Shown: piece after piece, positions 14,236 to 28,062 of the stretch
How positions within the stretch are numbered: position 1 is the stretch's first letter
How the letters are laid out: each line of letters begins with the position of its first letter
Assembly: GCA_964016885.1 (NCBI GenBank)
Contig: OZ024741.1
Coordinates: 394,878,001 to 394,942,000, forward strand
DNA from: Eledone cirrhosa
Taxonomy: Eukaryota
DNA: 64,000 nt
Reading direction: 5' to 3'
Program-made: the position numbers and the translations under genes
Notes under the pieces: generated by a model
Told to the model about the DNA's origin: nothing
What the model saw: only the letters and a program-made list of their open reading frames with translations
The model's database searches: none

Positions 14236-14454
14236 GACTCATTCTCTCTAGGGACTGTAGACTGAAGAACTGACCACTAATTGATTTTACATGTCTTTAA
14301 CCCATTGATATCAAAATGTGTATATATATGTGTGTGTGTGTCCATGTATGTATGCAGGCATGAATGAATACAATAAGCCAGTGACTCCAGCACTATCATT
14401 ATTTCCCCAGGGCGGTGGATTGGATATATATATTAAAATAACAGATTTAATAAC

Positions 14455-14505
14455 AGTTTAAGCAAAGAATCACTGCTTTCACTCTTAACGGGATCTTCTG
14501 AAACT
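14455..14505 (-). ncRNA. Hammerhead-like fold with U4A core change (probably inactive)
   Basis: AGUUU-CAGAAGA-UCCCGUUAAGAGU-GAAA-GCA..UGC-UU-AAACU; inverted copy of 16653-16703. Confidence 0.55.
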
Positions 14506-15715
14506 CATTATTATTACTATATATAGAGGGCGGTGGATTGGCAGTATAGGTAGAGAGTCGGATGCCATGCTTTCCAGCATAGTTACGTCCCTTTATGATC
14601 TGAGTTCAAATCCTGCCACTACTACTACTAAGGTCACTAGGGCCAAGTGCAACTCCTAACTAATTAAGGTACCCTCAATGCAGCCTGGACTGTTATTGTT
14701 GCTGTTGTAAACAAATCCACCAGACACAGCAACCTGTTTCCAAGGTCAAGCCTTACTGCTAAAGCATCTCTGATTTATCTGGTTCCTGAACAAGTAGCCA
14801 GCAAATCTCACACCATGGCACAACTAAGAAATTCACAATGGCTTGATGACAGAGTGGTGAAATTACTTCTGAGCAAAAACTAGTGGCCTTCTATATCTCT
14901 TGTGCTAATGCTGGGAGGCTATTTGTTCTAAGTCATATGTCACCGGTGCTTTGAGAAAGCAACACCAAATATCAGCCCGGGACATATCGATGAATCGAAA
15001 CATGAGTAATTTTTATTTTTTATTCATGTTTTTTTGTTCAACTTTTAGCTCTGTGATGAAGTCATAACTGTTGCATAGCAGCTACCACCAAAATATAACA
15101 GCGATTATGAATAAATGAAGTAAATTCTACTCTGTTGATTTATACTTCGCGATTATAATTATACTCCGGAGTAAACAAACCCGCTTGTGTACTTTGTGGA
15201 GTGCTCTACCCTGCAAACAATAGACATATTATTATTATTACTATGTAATAATAATAATATGTTTGCTCCTTATTTTGTGAGTTGCTTATGTTGAGAGGTT
15301 GGACTGCTATTTCTAGTGGACGAGAACACTTCATGTCTTTGCGGGTGCTAAATTCATGTATTGATACCACGTGTGTTTAGCCACTTTCAACTCTGTATTG
15401 AGTGAGATTAGGTGATTTTGAAATGATCCGTTTCAAAATATCTAATTTCGCTGTTATTTGGTGAAATGTATTCTGCTTTTGTGGAGAATACATATGAGGG
15501 AAATATATTTGATTGTTATCAGGTATTTTATTTTAATTTTTTATAAAATTTAATAAGATACTCAACGAATTATGTAATCTTACATTCAGTGCAGATTTTC
15601 TCTACTCTTAAGCTTTGATATATCTTAATGCACACTTATGTGTGTATAAATATATTTCATTCACTTTCTTATAATTATATATATATAAGCAATGAGTTAT
15701 TTAATTTGTTGGCTC

Positions 15716-16340
15716 ATCATCATCATCATCATCATCATCGTTTAACGTCCATTTTCCACGCTAGCATGGGTTAGACGGGAGTTGTCCCAATTTGAGTCAA
15801 GTGTGGTCGGGTGACCGTGTCTCGCTCATATAGGACTATCTGGCAGGTTTTCTACGGCTGGATGCCCTTCCTAACACCAACCACTTTACAGTGTGGAACT
15901 GGGAACTTTTTACCGTGTTACCTACAGGGCCACATTACAGCGTGGACTGTGTTTTTTGTCGTGACACCTACACGATCTCGATCTCATTATCTCATTTATT
16001 TGGACTGGATGTTGTGGTACCAACTTTATAGAGAGAGGGTGGTGTTGGTCGGAGTGGGAGGATAGGGTAGGGGTAGTGGATTGTGGTGTATATTTGGTTA
16101 AGAGGTGCCTACTGACTAGAGGTTTTGCTTTGTACATAGGCAAGGCGGGTCTTCTGTATTACTGCGTAGCGCCAAAGATCTTGGTCCAGTGACATTGTCT
16201 TAGAGAGGTGTAAGTGTGTAAGGTTGGAATTTATCAAATCGTCCCAGGTTTTTCTGGGTCTACCTACTCCGTAACTACCATCAATTTTGATCGCCCTGCA
16301 CTTTTTTTACACAGCTGTCGTCTTTCATGCGCATCACGTA
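15716..16340 (-). mobile_element. RTE LINE 3' end
   Basis: (CAT)n on plus strand, shared 3' UTR motif, reverse complement of the 630-1215-type sequence. Confidence 0.9.
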
Positions 16341-16439
16341 GTTATTCAACAAAATTAGTTTATAACAGATTCAAATCACTCGACAAAATTCTTCTGGAGT
16401 ATAATATCAATAATATTAATATATATATATATATATAGT

Positions 16440-16631
16440 AATAATTGTTTCTACATTTGGCATAAGGCCAGCAAATATCCAGTACATTACTGGTACTTTA
16501 TTTTATCGACCCCGTAAGGATGAAAGGCAAAGTTAACTTCGGCAGGATTTGAACTCAGATCATAAAGGGACGTAACTATGCTGGATAGCATGGCATCCGA
16601 CTCTCTACCTATACTGACAATCCACCGCCCT
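16440..16631 (-). mobile_element. tRNA-derived SINE
   Basis: Reverse complement of the 19076-19264 family, full length. Confidence 0.88.
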
Positions 16632-16652
16632 CTATATATAGTAATAATAATG

Positions 16653-16703
16653 AGTTTCAGAAGATCCCGTTAAGAGTGAAAGCAGTGATTCTTTGCTTAA
16701 ACT
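16653..16703 (+). ncRNA. Hammerhead-like fold with U4A core change
   Basis: Same sequence as 14455-14505; the family member at 53261-53311 has the intact CUGAAGA core. Confidence 0.55.
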
Positions 16704-16719
16704 GTTATTAAATCTGTTA

Positions 16720-16806
<87 letters not shown>

Positions 16807-17060
16807 AGTAAAATAACGGAGTAAAGGACTCCCGTATAATCCTGTAATTCAATGAGATCAAAGGAAAGAGTTTTCCTGGGCTCTAAAATACAATATATAT
16901 ATAGGGAGGAAAAACACTGGAGAGTGTGTTTTCATTTACAGGATTTTAACCACTTGCATGAAGAGAATATCAGCTAAGAGAGGTTTAGGAGAAACATAAT
17001 AATTAAAAGGATAAATGAAAATGAGAAACCTATTTCATAACTAAATCGCACTTGTACAAA

Positions 17061-17859
<799 letters not shown>

Positions 17860-19075
17860 TTTTCATTTAACTTTATCATAGCTATGATTAGTTTTCTATT
17901 TAGAGACCCACTATCCCATTATTTCCCTTTTCTTTGTTTTCTTTGTTTTCTTTCATCCTTCTATCTGTGTTGCTTATTTTATCACACACACATCATGCCT
18001 GCAGAAAGATTTATTTTTCTGTTGCACCATCCTTCATTTTAAAATGGTTCTCTCAATTAAATCGTGCAAAACCATCTTGCTGGTTTGAGAGCTGGAGAAG
18101 ATCTCTCTCTCTCTCGCTCTGTATAAACTTGTCTTGTATATCGCCTTTCTTTATTTCCTCTTCCGGTCACATCTGTTCATTTGTATCAAGCACCGACAGA
18201 TACGCACACGTAAGTATAGATATAGCCCTACAAAATTAGGTGATGATATAAATATTTGTAGTGTTAATGACTACAAGAATGGTGATTATAGTAAATAATA
18301 GTGGAAATGATGATAGTAATAACAACAACAATAATATTACTTATTGACAAGATGGCACTAAGGAATTGCAAGATTAGGCATACTGGTCTTGACATGGGGT
18401 GGATAGATTACAAGACAGCATTTGATATGGTTCCTCATTTTTGGATAATCAAAAGCCTAGCCTCTTCAAGGTGACAGACAACATCAGACAGCTATTAAGT
18501 AATAGTATGAAGACCTGGGAGGTAGAGCTAACATCAGATGGAGAATCCTTGGGAGGCATGAAGATCAAGAGAGGTATCTTCCAGGGAGATAGTTTGTCCC
18601 CTTTGTTGTTTGTCCTTACCCTCATACCCTTGTCCCTCATATTACAAAAAGTGAAAGCAGGATACAAGCTGGGAAGAGGAGAGCTTACCATCAACCACCT
18701 GCTATTCATGGATGATCTAAAACTCTTTGGGAAAAGTGAGAAGGAGTTGGATGTAATTTTTAACACTGTCCATATTTTCAACAATGATATAATGTATGGA
18801 ATTTGGTGTTAAGTGCGGAGTCCTAGTGATGAAGAGGGGTAAATTGAACAGAAGCAACGGAATCCATGTACCAATGGGTGAGATAATAAAGGAAATCGAC
18901 ACTGAAGGGGAATATACGTATTCTGGAGGCAGATGACATCAAGAACAATAAAATGAAGGAGCTGATAAGATCTGAATACATAAGGAGAGTAAGGAACATA
19001 CTAAAATCACATCTAAATAATAGGAATGTCATAAGTGCAGTAAATTCTTGAGCTGTGTCTATTATTAGGTACAGT

Positions 19076-19264
19076 AGGGCGGTGGATTGGCAGTATTGGT
19101 AGAGGATCAGACGCCATGCTTTGACGCACAGAGTTACGGCCCTTGCCATTCTGAGTTCAAATCCCGTCGAGGTTAACTTTGCCTTTCATCCTTACGGGGT
19201 CGATAAAATAAAGTACCAGTAATGCACTGGGTAATTGCTGGCCTTGTGCCAAAAAGTAGAAACA
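19076..19264 (+). mobile_element. Full-length tRNA-derived SINE with 15-bp TSD
   Basis: TSD ATTATTAGGTACAGT at 19061-19075 and 19265-19279; A box TGGCAGTATTGG, B box GAGTTCAAATCCC; core resembles the Meta/MESC SINE domain (from memory). Confidence 0.92.
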
Positions 19265-20159
19265 ATTATTAGGTACAGTGCAGAAATTCTGAAATGGAAT
19301 GTTACTGAACAAAAAAAAATGGATAGAAAGACTAGGAAGCTAATGACTACCTACAGCATGTTCCACAAGAAGAGTGATGTTGATAGACTCTACTTAAAGA
19401 AATCTGAAGGAGGAAGAGGTCTTATCAGTGTAGAGGACTGTGTTCAGATGGAGAAAAGCAGTCTACACAAATAGGTGTCTGAGAGTAGGGAGCCGATGCT
19501 CAAAGTTGTACTGAAGGAGAAGAGAATAGACCAGGGGATGTTCAAGGAGGAAGTAACAACAAAGGGGAAGAGCAACCTTCATAGCCCCTTTTTTAAGAAA
19601 ACAGAATTCAGAGATCCACAGACATGGGACTGGTTAAAAAGAGGAGACATTTAAAAAGCTACAGAAGGAATGTTAATGGCTGCACAAGAGCAAGCCCTCA
19701 GAATGAAGTGGGTGAAACACCACTCTGTATGATCTGTGGAGAGAGAGGAAACTGTGGATCATATCGTATCCGAGGATAAACACCTAGCCCAGACTCACTA
19801 TAAAGGATGGAGGCACGATATAACAGGAAAGGTGATTCACTGGTATTTATGCAAACTAAATAATTTACCACATTCTGAGAAGTGGTATGAGCATAAGCCA
19901 GAGTCGGTGATAGAAAACGACCAAGTGAAGACGCTATAGGATTTCAGGATACAGACGGACAAGAAATTAGAACAAATAGGCCTGACCTGGTGGTTTTTGA
20001 CAAGGAAAAAAATTGTGCCAGATTGTAAAATAGCCTGCCCATTTGACACGAGAGTGCCAGAAAAAGAGAAGGAGAAAATTAACTGATACCAGGATTTAAA
20101 GAGGAAATTAAAAAGGATTTGGTACAGTCATGAGATCAAAGTCGTCCTGATTGTCATAG

Positions 20160-20815
20160 TGTAGCGAAATCTGTCCACACCTTGACTCCTGGGTGACATT
20201 TAACGGTCATTTTCAGGGTTATTTCCTTTCAGGCATCAACAGGTCTGAGATTGGACGACCTCAAAAGGTCAGCCCTTTGTTTTCAAGTCTTGGAGACAGA
20301 GGAAGCGACATAGATAAATAGCCTGTCTTAGATAAGGCCAAGTAGTTTGGAGTGATTCTTGATAGAGTAAACATGTAAACTATTGCTTTCTACAAAAGTC
20401 TTTGGGTCTTACAAACTCTTACCTTCTCTTACACTCTCTCTTTCACTCAATCTCTATCTCTTGGTGCCTCTCTCAACCAAACTAGTGAAGTTCATGAAGT
20501 TTTCTTGGTAAATACAAATTAATTCTACTTTTACAAACAAACAAATAACGTCCATAATTCTTGTGTATTTTTCGTATAACTCCGGCGTGAGCTATTTTCA
20601 ATAAATTAATACTATAGCGGTTTGGTGTCATCGTGGTTCATTTATATATATTCATTTTCTGCGTGATCAAGGAACTATCATCATCATCTTATTGAACACT
20701 TACTCCCTTACCTGCACACATGCAACCTCTGGTCACACTGTATCACACAAGTGACCATACCACACAGCACGCTACAAGTGAGCACACATGCAACAACCAT
20801 CAAATCATCGCTATA
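20160..20815. mobile_element. Solo LTR with 4-bp TSD
   Basis: TGTAGCGA...TCGCTATA termini; ATAG at 20156-20159 and 20816-20819; splits the LINE's IVI-GALG motif. Confidence 0.82.
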
Positions 20816-21024
20816 ATAGGAGCACTAGGTACGACCTCGAACAGTTTTCAAGGATGGTTAAAGAACATTAGAACACGTTTTCCAGTTAAATAACATCACT
20901 GACTGAAACTACAAGAAAATAATAATTGTGGTAATTAAGAACCCTAATCCCAGATCCCCCTAATCCTAACTCTACCCCTCACATTTCCTGGAGAAACAAA
21001 AAGACATTTGTGGATGGTTCTGAG

Positions 21025-21180
21025 CAGGGCCGTCTTAACAGCATTATAGCCCCCCCCCCCCCCCGGGCAAAGCAGAACACTGGGGCCTCTACCTACACAA
21101 CTACTCACAGGAATAAAAATACAAATGGGCCCCCTATCCTCGTGGGGCCCACAGCGTGCCCATGCGTTAAGATGGCCCTG
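21025..21180. mobile_element. hAT-type MITE
   Basis: TIRs CAGGGCCGTCTTAAC / GTTAAGATGGCCCTG; 8-bp TSD GTTCTGAG on both sides. Confidence 0.92.
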
Positions 21181-21514
21181 GTTCTGAGGTCAGAATAGTT
21201 GATAGCACACGAAAAAGAAAAAAAAAGTAAAGAAAACGAGAAAAAAGTTATTTCCCACAAAACACGAAACTCCAATGGTCATTCTTCCCCTTTCCCTTTT
21301 CTACAAAGCTAGTCGTTTCCGACTGGTTTTGGAGGTCATATTCGTTGATATCACGCAAAAAAAGTAGAGAAAACTCCACTGAGTGATCAGGTGGGAAAGG
21401 GGGGGGGGGGTCATATTTCGGGGGGGGGGTGTCATATTTCGGGGGGGGGGGGCACAGATTAATTGATACCAGGAAAAAAAAAAATTATTTCCAACTGAAA
21501 TCGAGAGATGTTTT

Positions 21515-21806
21515 TCTATAACAATTGGCTCAAGGCCAGCAATAATCCAGTGCATTACTGGTGCTTAATTTTATCGACCCCGTAAGGATGAAAGGCAAAG
21601 TTAATCTTGGCGGGATTTGAACTCAGAACGTAAAGGGTCATAACTCTATGCTGTAAAGCATGGTATAGCGTTATGACCCTTTACTTTCTGAGTTCAAATC
21701 CCGCTGAGGTTAACTTTGCCTTTCATCCTTACGGGGTCGATAAAATAAAGTACCAGTAATACACTGGAGTAATTGCTGGCCTTGTGTCAAAAGTAGAAAC
21801 AATTAT
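21515..21806. mobile_element. Head-to-head inverted pair of SINE copies
   Basis: Minus copy ~21515-21664 joined to plus copy ~21668-21806, both 5'-truncated. Confidence 0.85.
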
Positions 21807-21814
21807 ATAATATA

Positions 21815-22483
21815 CTAGCAGAATGGCCCTGCATTGCTCGGGATTCTAAACATAGATTGGCATGTTTATCCCTCCTTTCTGAAACAGTACAGAGAAGTAA
21901 GGAATACCTCGGTCTGGGGATGGTGTCTACATTTTGTGCTTATAAAAAAAATTCGTCGTAGATTACCAGGGGTTTAACTTAATTGGGTGCCTGAGAGTAA
22001 AATGTTCAACCCACGAAAACCAAGACGATAGGGTTAAGTAAAAAGGCATTCAACAAACCGAACATGTATTTGTTGTGCTATGGTATAATGAAAGCAATAG
22101 TTACAGAGCAGTAAGCATGTGGGACTGCATTCGAGTTACAGGCCCTAACGCAACCAAAATGCTTTAAAAAATCGGTTTTTCACCTAATGTGGTCCCTGGG
22201 GCAAAAAATAAGAAAATCTTTTTTGCTCAAAACACTTTAAACGACATAAGTAATGCAAATTTTGAAGAAATCGCCTGGATTATTGTTCCGTTATGCCCCC
22301 AAATAGCCTTTAAAGCACAAAATATGCGGTTTTTCGCCTAATGCGGTCCCTAGGGCATTGAAAATTCGAAATTGTTTTGCTCAAAACACTTACACGACCA
22401 TGTGTAAAGTTTGAAAACAATCGCTTGGGTGGTTCTCGAGTTTTAGGAAGTCAGACAGACATTCTCTGTTTTAGATATATAGA
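21815..22483 (-). mobile_element. Non-autonomous Helitron-like element
   Basis: Minus strand begins TCTATAT..(TCTG)n and ends CCCGAGCAATGCAGGG hairpin + CTAG; A|T insertion context. Confidence 0.65.
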
Positions 22484-22666
22484 TAATTGTTTCTACTTTA
22501 GGCACAAGGCCAGCAATTACCCAGTGCATTACTGGTACTTTATTTTATCGACCCCGTAAGGATGAAAGGCAAAGTCAACCTCGGTGGGATTTGAACTCAG
22601 ATCGTAAAGGGACGTAACTATGCTGGAAAGCATGGCGTCCGACCCTCTACCGATACTGCCAATCCA
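22484..22666 (-). mobile_element. tRNA-derived SINE
   Basis: Reverse complement of the 19076-19264 family. Confidence 0.88.
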
Positions 22667-23399
22667 ATAGATAATGCTCGTGTTTTTGTACGTCACGCAA
22701 AGAGAGGTAACTCATCTGTTTCAGTATGTAAATATAAATACATATACAAAATAATTGTTTCTACTTTTGGCACAAGGCCAGCAGTTACCAGTACATTACT
22801 GGTACTTTATGATTACATACACCCACATCTATGTGATCAGTGTGAAAAGAAGGGGGCTGTGACAAACAATAGAAAACAGAGAACAGCTTTCGCTACACCT
22901 GTGTTACTCATACATATACATACACATATATGAGTGAGCATGTAATAATTATTTTTATCTAGCGTTCTTAGAATGGCTACACTTTAGTGAGTGTGACTGT
23001 TTGTGTATCTGAGTGTTTTTTATGTGTGAGTGTATGTGTGTATGTATTGTCCATGGAGCCAAGCAATATCGAAATAAATTAGAATTATCAAGAATATAAA
23101 ACGACCGCAGTTGAAAGGTATATATAAATACACATCTACCCTTTAGCCGTCAGATTTTGTCGGCACGGGACCAGCTAGTTTTTTTTTAATAATAAATCCC
23201 GTTATTTTCCCCACCACAACAAATAAGCAGGTCGTAGGAAAAACATTCTTCGCAGATTGCCAAGCGAAATGATACATGTGACTGAGAGACAAGCGTGAAA
23301 CTGAAGTACTAAATTCAAGGGTTGCCAATAAAGAAATGTATTAATGTAATTTGAAGTTAATAATTGTTTAAAAAGGAGCAATAAGTAAAGATTTACGAC

Positions 23400-23603
23400 T
23401 TAAAATTTCAGCGGAAATGTGCATAGTACGCATGCGCCTCGCTGTTTCCTTCACCTTTCAAGTGAGCCGACCTCCGTTTATAGTGACCTTCACGTAACGT
23501 TCGATATCTGTGTTGTGTTCTCCAGCAGCCTGAGGAGTTAGCCGCTTTAAAAAGCACAAACACACAAAAATTAAAAACAAAACAACAAAAAACCCCAGAC
23601 AAT
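23400..23603 (+). promoter_or_regulatory. Probable glycogen synthase promoter/5' UTR
   Basis: Unique, relatively CpG-rich sequence directly upstream of the ATG; NRF1-like ACGCATGCGC (23428-23437), ETS-like CGGAAA, TGACCTT half-site. Confidence 0.45.
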
Positions 23604-23742
23604 ATGCATCGCAGGAGAAGTAGTCTTTTCAAATCTTTGAAAGATCTTGAAACTGACGATGATTCAATGCGAGATGGTGGGTCTTCCGCTGCAGCTAAAA
23701 ACTTATGGTTCTTCGAATGTGCTTGGGAAGTAGCAAATAAAG
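23604..23742 (+). CDS. GYS: Glycogen synthase, coding exon 1
   Basis: MHRRRSSLFKSLKDLETDDDSMRDGGSSAAAKNLWFFECAWEVANK, followed by AG|GTAAGC donor (phase 1). Confidence 0.93.
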
Positions 23743-24754
23743 GTAAGCGAATCGTTTTTGGTACATGTTGACTTATATGTCATTTTACCCCTGCCAAAAC
23801 TTTGATGCAACTGTTATGTAATGAAATGGTAACAGTGACTATTTCTTATGTCAGAATAACTAGTTATTTTAAAATAGTTTAATGTATTGTCTGGCCATGA
23901 CCAATAAAAGACAAGGACATGACATTCAACACTTGATTTTTTGTAATGTTATTTACTCTGTGATTCATCTAAATAAATTTTCCTTTATATATATCGTCTA
24001 ATGTTATTAATTTCTTTATTGTCTTGCTTTATATTCTTGAAGAAAAATTTATATCGTTTTCCGAATATTGTCATTTTTGCGATCGGAATCTAATAATTTC
24101 TTGAAAAATAACAAATATTGATTAAATTGTTTAACTGCTGTGTTTAAAATATTATTTTGGTGATATTATTCCGTTTAATGCTGAAAGTATCGGCACATAT
24201 CACGAAACATACTGTAAGGCGTCTTAATTGTTTACATTTTGCGGCGTTTATGCAATATTCTGTTTTTGGAGGTGTGTAGAGGTGAAGGAACACCTGTGTG
24301 TACGAATGTACGCACATACTCTATTGGTGCAGGATACAAATTTAATTGTTTTATTATCTTTTTTTTTTTCGTGCTAATCTTTTTGACTGTTGCTGTTGTT
24401 TAGCCCCAGGACGATCATGATCAAACAGGCATTTTGTCAAAACTATGACTTTTTATTATTATTATTTTTTTTTTTATTCAGACATCGTATCTCGGACTAC
24501 ATTATCTAATGTGTAATTTTTGAAAAGACCGTAGGATGTGATTTGAGTGCAATTTTGCAGTTACTTCTAGCATTCCGAACGATCGTGCAGGGGCTTCTTT
24601 GTTGACTCATTTTTGTGACTGTAGCAACTCTAAAGGCATGCTTACATTTGAATAGAAGCTGGGGTGCTCAGACAAAAGTTTACTGAATGTACGCATTCCT
24701 TTTTTACGTCTTCTCCTCTCCCCATATCGACATGTTTTATACAAATGTGCCAAT

Positions 24755-24794
<40 letters not shown>

Positions 24795-26479
24795 GTATGT
24801 CACGTCAACCCGTATGACAAAAACCTAAATGTTTTTAGTAGTGCGACCTGCCTTATGATGACCATTATCTCATGTGGTTCATGTCGCCTTTGACTTCAGG
24901 TCTGTTCGATCAAGGCAGACGTATGACGAAACAACGAAGCAGCCGCAGTGTGATTGTTCAAGTTATTAGAAACACCAGCTAAATCTCCCCCAAATCGCAC
25001 TCTACTATCTTAAAAATGGAAAAGAAAAGATTTTTGGTCATAGGTTTGAGAGATAAACAAGACAACTTGAGTTAATAAGGGAACCTCTATCTATTCACTC
25101 GAACTTCTAAAAATGGCAGTCAAATCAGACATTACTACCTATTTAATATAATGACACATTAGATAATGTAGCCATAAATTCACTGAATAGAAGATAGAAT
25201 GGTCACAGCTGGGACATTTTTTTTTTATCGCAATCCTACTCGGTCAAGGCTACCTGGGGCTAAACAACAATGGCAACAGTAATAAAACAGTTTATTGTCG
25301 AGGTCATTGCACATAGTCTATTGGAAACCTCGTAGATCAGGATAATAGTAAGATAGTTAAGAACATATTCTAGCAAAGCTTTATAAATAGTAAATTGTTA
25401 ATTTTATGAATGAGCACCCCAGTAGTTGAAGGCTGATCAGAGTAAATGTAGAAGTTTTGGCACTTTTTCATTTATTTATTTTTTGAACCTACCTGCATCC
25501 CTCGTTAACATTTCATTAGTAGTTTCAAGGCCTCAAATTTTGGAAGAAGGGCATAGTCGATATCAGAGCGTGACTGATACTTATTTTATCATCTCTGGAA
25601 TGATGAAAAGCAAAATTGACCACGGCAGGATTTGAACTCAGAATGTAAAGTTTCTAAATACCGCAAGATTTATTAACGCAGTCGTTCGACCTGGCATAAA
25701 TAATAGCCAAATCGCTCTGCAATCACACCCTATAGTTTGTTTGTTTTTTAAGGCCACCTTGGATAATGTAATCTTAGATACACTACGACTGAAAAAGACT
25801 GAACAGTCGTGATAAGAATGCTTTTGATTATAGGTCTGCATCATGAAACAACCAGATTTTGTACCCTATTGAAGTTCCACGTTCCTAAATTAGTCTGTAA
25901 ACAGAAAACATCGATTCTATGGATAATTGGTTTCAAGGAAAGTTAAGGGAAAATTCAAGTAAACCTAGGCATCAATTAGGCATAATTGTGACAAAGCATC
26001 ACAGTTTTTCCCTATCAATATTGATTAGAAATATTTTCTTTTTTTTTATATAATTTTTTAAATAATATAATATTTACATTTTAGAATGTCAATTGTAAAA
26101 AAGAAAATAATCACAGAAGTGGACATTTACAAACTGATTGTATGTATGCTGCGCTGTAAAATGCTAGAGATACTTGTTTTGTTTTTATAATTTAATAATT
26201 TACATGTCTATTCCACGCCCTGTCTCCTTGACCTTGACCTTCACTCTCTCTGTATCCTCTTATTTTCCTTTTCTTTCATTCACCCAGCACTGAACACACA
26301 CAATCTCCCACATATCACCCTCTCTATTAATATTTTTATGGATGTTTTTTTTTCCAGATGTTTTACCTCGTCTGTATTTACCGATACATAATTTCTTGTT
26401 TTTAAATAACCTCTTAAACTATACAAACTATTTCAAAGTCATATGGCGTGTATCTGATGACAGGTGTTGATATCAGAAA

Positions 26480-27450
26480 CCTACACCATTGCTACCTCAA
26501 TTATATAAACCCAAACTGTAAGAGAATGCTTTTTAGCATTGCAGAACCCCAAGGTGCATAGAATGGAGAAAACATTACTATGGAGGATAGTGAGGAAGAC
26601 ATATTGAAATAGCCATTCTAGCTTGTGGGGCTCACTCTTGCAGATGCCTACTCTACCCTGATAGCTGTGGGTAGGAAGATGGATGCAGACAAAAAACGTC
26701 CATTGTGGATCCACAGCAGCATTTGCGTTGCTCACAGATCTGGAGGCCAAGCCCCAAGGGAAACACCAATGCATAGACAATTATTATCCAGCTGAGTACC
26801 AAGCACTGCTATGGGTTTGGGAGGCAGAGCAGAAACATGCATGATAGGGCTGTTGAAGCAAGTGCACAAGGGTGACTGAAGCTTTGTCATGTCACACTGG
26901 TCTGCATCTCATTTGAATTGTGGGGGACTGAATGTCCACAGAGTGGAGGTGAAGTTGGCTCCAGGTCTCATAGGCTGCCTTAAGTTACCTGATCTCAGGA
27001 GGTTCTGATGTGTTTTGGAGAATCTTGTCAATGAGGGCATGACGAGAGGTCATCGACAAAAGAAATGCTGGCAATGTCAATGAAATTAAAAATTGGAGAC
27101 CAACGCTATTATATCTGACAAGTAAGGTGGCCTGTTGCCATTCAGTGTCATCAAACTGGATGTTACATATCTCCCCAGCACCATACTGGATGAAGGCATT
27201 GAGATCTGTGAGAAGGGATGTGTGACTGTGAGAGAGTGTATTATGAAAGGTATACAAAGGCTTCAGCATGGTGAAGCAGTTCCTCAGCAGAAAAAGTGCC
27301 AGATGTACATCAATCAGACTCAGTGTTCTCAGTCCAAAGCTTGAACATCAAAAAAGCAATGTAAATCTTCATGCATTACACAGCTTATAAATTGCAACTG
27401 AGCTTTCTGGTACCTGCAAAGAGGGTCTTCACCAACTTTGTCGAATACTT
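26480..27450 (-). mobile_element. Degenerate non-LTR retrotransposon, CRE-like
   Basis: GEDPL-like RT remnant and WQQATLLVRY..VGL..LPAFLLS; heavily frameshifted. Confidence 0.5.
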
Positions 27451-27594
27451 TTAACTGCCACTTCTCAGCCAAGATAGTTTTGTAAGTAGTGCTTCCACTG
27501 ATAAAGCTACCAGTTTTTATCTTCAAACTGTATATTATGCACAAAACAAATTTCTTTCCATCTTTCTTCATCCTACTGTCTCACTACTTCATGC

Positions 27595-28062
27595 CATATA
27601 CACTCGCATATAAGCCAATCCAAATATAAGCTGATCCAAATATAAGCTATTTTATGTCTGAGAAATAGACCGAAATCAAAACCCTGTTTATAAGAGAGGC
27701 AGGTAATCAACTCATTATGTTTAGATGGTGTGGTTTTGAAATTCTCATGAGTGAAGATTATATTTATGAAGTTTTAATATTTTGATATTTAAAATGTTTT
27801 AAGTGTCATTTGGAGTATAGTTTTTGTTTCACAACTCCATTACATAATGATTTTTTACCAATTTTGGGCCATATTCATCAGAACATATTAAAAACAATAA
27901 ACGAATTTCATGCCAAAAGCGAAAATATTTTAGCACCTCATTTACATAGAGTTTTGAAGTTGGTGAAAATCGGCAAAATATTGACCTCAATATACCCCCC
28001 CCCCCCATTTTACCATCAGTTTTTGAGTCACATGTTTCTCAACTTATGAGTATATATGATAA
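27595..28062. mobile_element. Tc1/pogo-type MITE remnant
   Basis: TATACACTCGCATATAAGCC terminus; internal sequence shared with 57430-58165. Confidence 0.55.

Larger units (their letters stand above)
18335..20900 (+). mobile_element. R4/Dong-like non-LTR retrotransposon (RT, zinc knuckle, restriction-like endonuclease), decayed, with two nested insertions
   Basis: WIDYKTAFDMVPH, RGIFQGDSLSP, HLLFMDDLKL, GGRGL, ETVDHIVSE, RHD, RPDLVV, IVI|GALG. Confidence 0.88.

Noticed and set aside
19076-19175. tRNA-like A/B boxes
   Set aside because: SINE head with no cloverleaf; the tRNA-Trp-like stretch at 12137 is a PBS, not a gene
26446-26488. CUGAUGA...GAAAC motif
   Set aside because: Stems I and III are out of register; at most a decayed relic
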